From Prolixibacteraceae bacterium (GTDB taxonomy: Bacteria; Bacteroidota; Bacteroidia; Bacteroidales; Prolixibacteraceae): DNA of 64,000 nucleotides. The translations under genes were made by a program, and so were the position numbers. Below, one piece after another: positions 44,699-52,051 of the stretch. Each line of letters starts with the position of its first letter. The first letter of the stretch is position 1. Below the pieces are notes generated by a model. The model was not told the origin of the DNA, did not search any database, and saw nothing but the letters and a program-made list of their open reading frames with translations. The stretch covers positions 8,485 through 72,484 of the forward strand of contig JBAXED010000004.1 of the NCBI GenBank assembly GCA_037140615.1, in the 5' to 3' direction.

Positions 44699-45358
44699 TT
44701 ACTGGTTGGCCAATGTTATGCCTACAACGATGTTAAACTGTTCTGTAGAAGGATTCAAGATCAAGGCACCAGTTATTGGAATAGAAAAAGTGTCATTTAT
44801 TTTAATGGCAGTACCTGTTTTTATTCCTAAGTTGCAAAGGTTTAGCTTGGTGTCTTTTGTGTACTGTCCATCACCTAATCCTGCGAAAAGTGTTATCGGA
44901 CCTGCTGCATATCCAGCTTCCAGGTAAGTATCTTTAGCATTGAACATATATGCTCCGGTGAGTGTTAGCTTTCCCAAACCCAGACTTACTGTCGGTTCGA
45001 AGAAATGTGAGGTTCCGGTGAAATAGGGAGCAGTTGCTGCTGGAAAATAATAATCTGTTGCACCCAAAGTAAGAGATGAACTTTTGCCAAGCGAGATAGC
45101 ATAAGTCGCGAAAAGATCTGATTCGGTAGCTTCATTGGTCGAAAAGCAATAATTTCCCCAGCCACCGATGGTGAATCCACCTTTCCCATATTTTACTGTT
45201 GGTTGCAATGCTGGACCTGATCCAAATTTGGTTCCACGCCACACATAGCTGCTGTAAAGATCTACACCAGTCGTCCATGGACTTTTTTCCTGAGCATTTG
45301 CATTGAAAGTCAGAATTAGCGTTAGTGTAAAAACTAATAAAACAATTTTCCTCTTCAT
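44699..45358 (-). CDS. TorF-like small outer-membrane beta-barrel/porin
   Basis: Signal peptide. SSYVWRGTKFG motif and alternating beta pattern. First gene of the porin-PII-amt operon. Confidence 0.6.
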   Translation of the reverse strand: MKRKIVLLVFTLTLILTFNANAQEKSPWTTGVDLYSSYVWRGTKFGSGPALQPTVKYGKGGFTIGGWGNYCFSTNEATESDLFATYAISLGKSSSLTLGATDYYFPAATAPYFTGTSHFFEPTVSLGLGKLTLTGAYMFNAKDTYLEAGYAAGPITLFAGLGDGQYTKDTKLNLCNLGIKTGTAIKINDTFSIPITGALILNPSTEQFNIVVGITLANQ

Positions 45359-45432
45359 GGTTTTAAAAATTAAGATTTATACTCTGTTGTTTTAAATTTT
45401 TAGGACAGTCTTTAAAAAAACGCTGTTTTTTT

Positions 45433-45624
45433 GTATACCCCCCCCCTGTTTTTTTATCTTCTTCGACAAAAATAGATGTTTTAATTGATATTGATATACA
45501 AAAAATAGGGGGTGTACTCAAATTAATGATTAATTAACAAACGGGGTATCTGAAAAATAGGGGGGGTAATATGAAAAAACACATATATTTTTGAATATAT
45601 GTGTTTAGAATAGGGGGTGTATTT
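45433..45624. promoter_or_regulatory. cluster of G-run boxes (AAATAGGGGGTGTA-like), 4 strong copies plus 1 weak
   Basis: Copies at 45433-45448 (inverted, C9 run), 45501-45517, 45553-45570 (G7 run) and 45608-45622, with a weak copy at 45541-45550. The cluster is upstream of the porin-PII-amt operon. Confidence 0.5.
45577..45606. other. 13-bp-stem perfect hairpin AAACACATATATT/AATATATGTGTTT
   Basis: 45577-45589 pairs with 45594-45606, with a 4-nt loop. It is embedded between two G-run boxes. Confidence 0.5.
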
Positions 45625-45649
45625 AAAATATTATAAATAGTGACGAAAA

Positions 45650-45677
45650 TGAAAAACGCCACTTTGAGTGGCGTTTA
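45650..45677 (-). terminator. intrinsic terminator of rlmB
   Basis: AAACGCCAC/GTGGCGTTT hairpin followed on the minus strand by a T5 tract. Confidence 0.75.
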
Positions 45678-45726
45678 ATCAAGCTTTACTGTCAAATAGC
45701 TCCATAATATCTATCATAATTGCCTT

Positions 45727-46470
45727 TCAGCAAATAAGTATTCTCTGTCTCACTGCTTCAAAAAGCAGAATACCTGCTGCCACTGAAACATTCAGCGACT
45801 GAATGGTACCTAACTGGGGTATCTTGGTCCATTGGTCTGCAATTTTTAGGATTGACATGTCGATTCCTGTCTCTTCAGATCCCATAACGATCACCAAAGG
45901 CACAGTCATATCGCATCCAAAGTAATTTATGTCACCTTTTTCAGAGGCAGCAATCACCTTAAGTCCTGAATTCTGCAAGAACCTAACAGCATTGATCAGA
46001 TTTTTTTCTCTGCAAACCGGAATGGTCAGCAAGGCCCCTGAAGATGTTTTAATTGCATCAGCATTGATTTGTGCTGCTCCCTTTTCGGGAATCAATATTG
46101 CATCTACGCCGGCCACTTCAGCAGACCGGGCAATTGCTCCAAAATTTCTGACATCTGTAATCCTGTCCAGAACAAGGATTAGAGGATTCTTCCCTTGTTC
46201 GAATAACATTGGGATAATTTCTGTAATTGGTTGGTAAGCAATGGGAGAGATAAAAGTAACGACCCCTTGATGGTTCTTACGGGTTACCCTGTCAATGCGT
46301 TCTACAGGAACTTGCTGAAATGGAATTTCAAACTGTCTGACGAGTTTCATCAATTCCATATACAATTCTCCCTGCAATCCTTTCCGGATCAGTATGCGTT
46401 CAATCTCTTTGCCGGCATTGATCGCCTCAATGGTAGAGTGCAATCCGAATACAAAATTTTTGTCTTCCAT
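45727..46470 (-). CDS. rlmB: 23S rRNA (guanosine-2'-O)-methyltransferase RlmB (SpoU/TrmH family)
   Basis: 247 aa. N-terminal FGLHSTIEAINAG and a C-terminal SpoU knot region (LNVSVAAGILLFE). Confidence 0.85.
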   Translation of the reverse strand: MEDKNFVFGLHSTIEAINAGKEIERILIRKGLQGELYMELMKLVRQFEIPFQQVPVERIDRVTRKNHQGVVTFISPIAYQPITEIIPMLFEQGKNPLILVLDRITDVRNFGAIARSAEVAGVDAILIPEKGAAQINADAIKTSSGALLTIPVCREKNLINAVRFLQNSGLKVIAASEKGDINYFGCDMTVPLVIVMGSEETGIDMSILKIADQWTKIPQLGTIQSLNVSVAAGILLFEAVRQRILIC

Positions 46471-46479
46471 AATTATTAT

Positions 46480-48420
46480 TTATTCGGGCTTCCTTGAGTT
46501 CCAACCCTCCAGTTCACTGTTCAGATCGGCCCATTTTCCCAATTCCAGATCAAGCTGTTTCTTGGTAGATTCGTATTTGGTGAGTAGATCACTATCAACC
46601 TTTTCGGGATGATCACTCATATATATATCGGTAATAATGATCTCATTTTCCAGTTTTGAGATGTATGCTTCTACATCGGAAATCTGTTTTTCTAGCTTGC
46701 TGATCATTTTATTGATCTCTTTTCGCTCTTCAAATGAGACATTGGTAACCACTTTTATTAGCTCTTTTTTCTCCTTTTTTACAGGGGAATTTACTTCAAG
46801 TTCCCTCAGGGAATCTATTTCTTTTTTTTGCAAGAATTCATAGATACCGCCAAGGTGTTGCCTGATTTTCTTGTTTTTGAATTCATAAACCACATTAACG
46901 AGTCCGTCTAAGAATTCGCGGTCGTGCGATACAAGCAACAATGTGCCATCAAAATCCAGCAATGCCTTTTTCAGAATTCCCTTTGAATGAATATCAAGAT
47001 GGTTGGTCGGTTCGTCAAGCACCAGAAAGTTTACAGGTTCGAGTAGCAATCGGATCATGGCAAGCCTTGATCTTTCGCCTCCTGACAAGACCTTAACTTT
47101 TTTGTCAACATCTTCTCCTGAAAACATAAAGGCACCCAGAATGTCCCTGATTTTTGTACGAATGTCACCCACAGCTATCTGATCGATAGTTTCGAGTGCA
47201 GTAATATCTTCATTCAGCAAGGAGGCCTGGTTTTGTGCGAAGTATCCTACTTTTACATTGTGTCCAAGTACTTGTTCTCCTGTACATTCCAGTTGCTGCA
47301 TCAGGATGCGTGCCATGGTAGTTTTCCCTTCACCGTTTTTACCGACGAAAGCTATTTTTTCACCTCTTTCAATGGTGAGATCAACGTTTTTCAGGACTTG
47401 AAGATTTCCAAAGGACTTGGATACTTCCACCGCTTTGAAGACAACTGTTCCAGATCTTGGGGAAGGAGGGAACCTGATGTTCATTGAACGGGTGTCCTCT
47501 TCGTCGACTTCGATTCTGTCCACCTTATCCAACTGCTTGATCCGGGATTGAACCTGCACAGATTTTGTCGCTTTGTAACGAAATCTTTCAATAAAATCTT
47601 CCGTATCCTGGATCATCTTTTGCTGGTTGCGAAAGGATGCCATTTGTTGTTCTCTTCTTTCTACTCTTAGCTCAAGATATTTGCTATAATTGACCTTGTA
47701 GTCATAAATTTTACCCAAACTAATCTCGACTGTCCGGTTGGTAACATTATCGAGAAATGCCCGGTCATGAGATACAAGAACAACCGCCCCGGCATACTCC
47801 TTAAGAAAGCGCTCAAGCCATTGAATTGATTCTATATCCAGGTGATTGGTCGGCTCATCCAACAAGAAGACATGAGGTTTCTGGAGTAAAATTTTAGCCA
47901 ATTCAATCCGCATGCGCCAGCCTCCTGAAAACTCTGAAGTTGGTCTGTCAAAATCTTTGCGATCGAACCCCAAACCGATTAGTGTTTGTTCAATATTGGC
48001 ATGAAAATTCCCCCCTCCAAGCAGGTGAAAGCGATCATTGATTTCATGGAGTTCATCCATTATTTGATGGTACTCGACTGAATCATAATCATTTCTCACA
48101 GAAAGCTCATTGCTGAGAAAGTTGATTTTTTTTTCAAGAAGGTGAATCTCTTCAAAAGCTTTGGCTGCTTCTTCTATGACAGAATTTGAGTCCGTCGTAT
48201 CCATGTGCTGTGGTAAATAGCCGATTTTGATATCCTTGGGCGCGATTACCCTTCCTGACGTTGGGATCTGTTTACCAGCAAATATTTTGAGTAATGTTGA
48301 CTTCCCTGCACCATTCCGGCCAGCAAGACCAATACGATCTCGGGGATTTACGATAAAGCTTACCTGTTTGAAAAGCTCAAAACCACCAAATTCAACATAT
48401 AGTTCTTCAACAGATATCAT
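46480..48420 (-). CDS. ABC-F family ATPase (Uup/YbiT-like, no TM domain)
   Basis: Two ABC cassettes (GRNGAGKST / GKNGEGKTT Walker A, LSGG signatures) plus a C-terminal coiled coil. Confidence 0.9.
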   Translation of the reverse strand: MISVEELYVEFGGFELFKQVSFIVNPRDRIGLAGRNGAGKSTLLKIFAGKQIPTSGRVIAPKDIKIGYLPQHMDTTDSNSVIEEAAKAFEEIHLLEKKINFLSNELSVRNDYDSVEYHQIMDELHEINDRFHLLGGGNFHANIEQTLIGLGFDRKDFDRPTSEFSGGWRMRIELAKILLQKPHVFLLDEPTNHLDIESIQWLERFLKEYAGAVVLVSHDRAFLDNVTNRTVEISLGKIYDYKVNYSKYLELRVERREQQMASFRNQQKMIQDTEDFIERFRYKATKSVQVQSRIKQLDKVDRIEVDEEDTRSMNIRFPPSPRSGTVVFKAVEVSKSFGNLQVLKNVDLTIERGEKIAFVGKNGEGKTTMARILMQQLECTGEQVLGHNVKVGYFAQNQASLLNEDITALETIDQIAVGDIRTKIRDILGAFMFSGEDVDKKVKVLSGGERSRLAMIRLLLEPVNFLVLDEPTNHLDIHSKGILKKALLDFDGTLLLVSHDREFLDGLVNVVYEFKNKKIRQHLGGIYEFLQKKEIDSLRELEVNSPVKKEKKELIKVVTNVSFEERKEINKMISKLEKQISDVEAYISKLENEIIITDIYMSDHPEKVDSDLLTKYESTKKQLDLELGKWADLNSELEGWNSRKPE

Positions 48421-48427
48421 AAAAAAA

Positions 48428-48560
48428 CACGAATTTCACTAATTATTACAGATTACACAGATGAACACCGTCCCAACCACAGATTAAACGAATTTCACCA
48501 ATTAAGAAAGATATTTAAACCCCTTTCCTTACCACAGATTACACAAATTACACCGATTAA
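48428..48560. repeat. short interspersed direct repeats (ACGAATTTCACYAATTA x2; CCACAGATTAMAC x3)
   Basis: Copies at 48428-48445 and 48488-48505, and at 48447-48462, 48477-48493 and 48532-48559. Confidence 0.6.
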
Positions 48561-48706
48561 AGAAGAGATTATTTATTTTTCGCCGTTTCACCGTTTCACT
48601 CTTCTCGTTTCCTTCTTTAACCACTTGCCCCGTCTCCCAGTCCCCAAGTCTCCCCGTCATTCTCCATCGGCCGCAAAGGTAGTACAAAATAGGGCACGTG
48701 AAAAGA

Positions 48707-48734
48707 ATCGCCGGAAGTTAATGCTTCCGGCGAT
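48707..48734 (-). terminator. intrinsic terminator of the Gfo/Idh/MocA gene
   Basis: ATCGCCGGAAG/CTTCCGGCGAT hairpin (11 bp) followed on the minus strand by TTCTTTT. Confidence 0.8.
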
Positions 48735-48760
48735 GGCAATTATTAGATTGTAACTGATTA

Positions 48761-50242
48761 CTAAGCGGGCATATCCGGCAAAGACCAGCCTTCACGGTAG
48801 TTGTGTTTGATCAGGTCGGCAGCAAACCCTTTTGCACTGATTGGTTCACTGAATTTTTTGTTGAATGTTGGGTGTCCGTCATTTATTACAAACCCATCAT
48901 CCAGACAGAAATTGAAGGTTTCATTGTCATGAATATTGGTGAAATTCATATTTGGTCCATCCCAAAGCAGCTCTTTGTTGAGGTCCTGAAGGCGAACCGC
49001 CAATACGCCCATCACCACCATCTCGTTAAACGGTCCGGCTTGCGAGAAAGGAGATGCAGTTTCAGTCCTACTTTCAGGACTCTCCTTGCAAGAGCGAATC
49101 CAATCCTGTTCGTGACTTGTTGTAATGCGTGGAATTGTTTTAGGAACTGTTGGCACACGTCCTGAGAGTAGCCAAGGATTGACCCCATAGCAACCACATG
49201 CAATGCTATCTTTGGTTCCGTGGAAAATTACACCGCCTCCATCGTCGTTCATATCCTTGCCTTCCGGCCAATTTGAGGGTTTCATGGGTCTCATTCCACC
49301 ATCCATCCAGGTAACTGTAACTTCAGGAAAATTCATTTTGATACCCTTGATTTTTGGACGTGCCGGGAAAATCATTTGGACCAATTCTGAGTTGGGCGGA
49401 GTATCTGTCATCAAAAGGGTAGAGGCGCCCTGAACTCTGGTTGGATAGCCTAGTTTGAGCCCCATAAATACGGGATGCAAGATGTGACAAGCCATATCTC
49501 CAAGCGCGCCTGTGCCGAAGTCCCACCAACCGCGGAAAGTCCATGGTGTATACATTCTATGGTAAGGACGAAACTTTGCAGGACCGATAAAAAGGTCCCA
49601 GTTCATGGTATCAGGTGGCCACATTCCATCTTTTGGTCTGGCAAGTCCCTGTGGCCACAAAGGACGGTCCGTAAAGGCTTCTACCCTGGTAACATCCCCA
49701 ATCTCGCCATTCCATAGCCATTCCTGAATCAAACGGACGCCTTCTCCTGAGGATCCCTGATTACCCATCGAAGTGGCCACTTTATGTTTTACGGCTAGTT
49801 TAGTAAGCAGTCGTGACTCGTAAACTGAGTGTGTCAACGGTTTCTGAATGTAGACATGTTTGTTCAATGTCATGGCATGTGCACCGACGATGGCATGGTT
49901 ATGGTCGGCCGTCGCCACCAAAACCGCATCAATGTCTTTGTTCATTTCGTCATACATTTTTCGCCAGTCCCAGTATTTTTTCGCTTTGGGAAAGTGCTCG
50001 AAACAGCGCTGACTGTGGTCCCAGTCGACATCGCACAATGCTACGATGTTCTCTGTTTCCATCTGTTTTAAATTTCCGAACCCCATTCCGCCAATGCCGA
50101 CACCTGCAATGTTCAGTTTGTCACTTGGAGCCTTATGCCCCAATCCGGCAATGGTGTTCGAAGGAACTACCGTGATTGCTGCAGCTGCTGCAGCCGATGT
50201 CCCAATGAAACCTCTTCTTGAAAGATTGTTTTTTGGATTCAT
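48761..50242 (-). CDS. TAT-signal Gfo/Idh/MocA-family oxidoreductase
   Basis: Twin-arginine signal SRRGFIGTSAAAAAA. Rossmann motif NIAGVGIGGMG. Confidence 0.8.
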   Translation of the reverse strand: MNPKNNLSRRGFIGTSAAAAAAITVVPSNTIAGLGHKAPSDKLNIAGVGIGGMGFGNLKQMETENIVALCDVDWDHSQRCFEHFPKAKKYWDWRKMYDEMNKDIDAVLVATADHNHAIVGAHAMTLNKHVYIQKPLTHSVYESRLLTKLAVKHKVATSMGNQGSSGEGVRLIQEWLWNGEIGDVTRVEAFTDRPLWPQGLARPKDGMWPPDTMNWDLFIGPAKFRPYHRMYTPWTFRGWWDFGTGALGDMACHILHPVFMGLKLGYPTRVQGASTLLMTDTPPNSELVQMIFPARPKIKGIKMNFPEVTVTWMDGGMRPMKPSNWPEGKDMNDDGGGVIFHGTKDSIACGCYGVNPWLLSGRVPTVPKTIPRITTSHEQDWIRSCKESPESRTETASPFSQAGPFNEMVVMGVLAVRLQDLNKELLWDGPNMNFTNIHDNETFNFCLDDGFVINDGHPTFNKKFSEPISAKGFAADLIKHNYREGWSLPDMPA

Positions 50243-50443
50243 GATGTTAATATTAATAGTTATTGATTGGCCAGACCATTAGGAATATAACTTGGTCAGA
50301 CCCTCAAATTTATCGTTTAATTTTAGAAACGAAAAGCCAATCCAAACTATTTTGAGGTGGAACAACAAATTAGTAAATTGCCATAGTTTCAAGTTTGGGT
50401 TTCAAATACTACTATTAACGTTAACAAGTCAACCAAATTACTG

Positions 50444-51256
50444 ATGGAAAAGACTTTGCTTAAAAAAATAAGAGCAGGGAAGGTTGTTTTTGGTACATGC
50501 ATGACATCCACTTCCCCCACATGGCCGGCTATTGCCAAGCGGGCAGGATTGGATTTTGTGTTTTTGGATACAGAGCATATTCCATTGGAAAGAATGGAAA
50601 TAGCCCATTTGTGCCAAATCTTAAGAGCTATGGGTATTGCACCCATCGTTAGGATTCCCTCGCCTGACCCATACAAGGCTTGTCAGATGATGGATGCAGG
50701 GGCAGAAGGCGTAGTTGCACCCTATCTGGAAAATACAAATCAGATCAAGGAACTGGTTGGGGCGTTAAAATACAGACCATTAAAAGGGGAGCTACTTGAT
50801 AAATTTCTAAACGGTGAAATTGAACCAGATCCTGTACTTAAGGAATATCTTGATAAATGGAACGAAGGCAACGTATGCATTGCCAATATTGAGAGTTTAT
50901 CTGCTTTGGGAAAATTGGAAGATCTTTTATCGATTAAAGGACTTGATGCAGTTTTCATTGGCCCCCATGATCTGTCGATCAGTTTAGGTTTGCCGGAGCA
51001 ATATGATCATCCATTGTTCGAATCTGCAGTTAAAAAAATCATTCGGATCTCGAAGGACAATGGGCTCGCAGTAGGTATTCATTTCTCAGAATCACCCGAT
51101 AGGCAAATCCGCTGGATGAAAGAGGGAGTCAATATGGTTATTCACAGTTCTGATTTGGCTATGTTCTCCCAAAGATTGCTGCTCGATATGGAATGCATCA
51201 AAAGTGCCATTGGTGAGAGGAGTGTGAAAGCAGATACTTCCGGCGATGTTATCTGA
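50444..51256 (+). CDS. HpcH/HpaI-family aldolase
   Basis: LDFVFLDTEHIP and VRIPSPDPYKACQMMDAGAEGVVAP motifs resemble 2-keto-3-deoxy-acid aldolases. Confidence 0.8.
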   Translation: MEKTLLKKIRAGKVVFGTCMTSTSPTWPAIAKRAGLDFVFLDTEHIPLERMEIAHLCQILRAMGIAPIVRIPSPDPYKACQMMDAGAEGVVAPYLENTNQIKELVGALKYRPLKGELLDKFLNGEIEPDPVLKEYLDKWNEGNVCIANIESLSALGKLEDLLSIKGLDAVFIGPHDLSISLGLPEQYDHPLFESAVKKIIRISKDNGLAVGIHFSESPDRQIRWMKEGVNMVIHSSDLAMFSQRLLLDMECIKSAIGERSVKADTSGDVI

Positions 51257-51327
51257 TTTCCTTTTTAAGATTTAAAAAATTCTTTCCAAAGGAATTATTT
51301 TTATACATCAACTTAAATTACTACAAA

Positions 51328-51930
51328 ATGAAAAACAGATTTGCAACATTTTTAATGGTAGGCATGCTTCTTATTGCGGGCAATTGTGAAGCACAAAAGT
51401 GGATATCGCTTTTTAATGGAAAGGATCTTTCCGGATGGACTCCACATGGTAAGGCATCATGGAGTGTGGAAAATGGCGTATTGGTAGGTGTTGGAGGAAT
51501 GGGACACATTTACACAGATGTTGAGTGCACTGATTTCGAAGTCAAGGGTATGTTTCGTATTTCCGCAGATCCGGGTTCCAAAAGCAATAGTGGATTCTAT
51601 TTCAGATGTAATGCCCCGGCTAAAAACATTGACGGATTTCCGGAAGGTTATGAGGCTCAGATCTGTCATAACCAGGATGCTTATACCGGATGGCTTTGGA
51701 AACCAGGTACTCCTACCGGGAAGGCAACAGAATTGCTTACCAAAGATGGGGAGTGGTTCGGGTACCACATAAAAATGGTTGGCGAACACATCGAATTCTG
51801 GATCAACGGAAAATCTGTTATGACATACGATGACAAGGAATATAAGAAGGGTCATTTTGCCATTCAGGGACACAATCCAGGGATGAAGATTGAGGCCAAG
51901 GAGATGTTCTATCGCGAGGTGAAGAAGTAA
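51328..51930 (+). CDS. DUF1080 (3-keto-disaccharide hydrolase-like) secreted protein
   Basis: Signal peptide. FNGKDLSGWTPHGKASWSVENGVLVG and GHFAIQGH motifs. Confidence 0.75.
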   Translation: MKNRFATFLMVGMLLIAGNCEAQKWISLFNGKDLSGWTPHGKASWSVENGVLVGVGGMGHIYTDVECTDFEVKGMFRISADPGSKSNSGFYFRCNAPAKNIDGFPEGYEAQICHNQDAYTGWLWKPGTPTGKATELLTKDGEWFGYHIKMVGEHIEFWINGKSVMTYDDKEYKKGHFAIQGHNPGMKIEAKEMFYREVKK

Positions 51931-51935
51931 AGAGA

Positions 51936-52048
51936 AGTGCCTAAAGTGTCTAAAGTGCCTAGAATGTCTAAAGTTAATGCTTTAATCAAATCCTGATTGC
52001 GGCGTATTTACTTTAGGCATTCTAGGCACTTTAAATACTCTAGGCACT
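51936..52048. repeat. long imperfect inverted repeat (38-nt arms built from GTGCCTAAAG/GTGCCTAGAA-type sub-repeats), probable bidirectional terminator
   Basis: The reverse complement of arm 51936-51973 matches 52011-52048 at about 33/38 positions. It lies between convergent stops at 51930 and 52052. Confidence 0.65.
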
Positions 52049-52051
52049 CTT

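Noticed and set aside
49012-50282. Several 63-120-aa ORFs on both strands within the first Gfo/Idh/MocA gene, and likewise 52205-53378 within the second
   Set aside because: They are nested in long ORFs with TAT signals and Rossmann motifs. No independent support.
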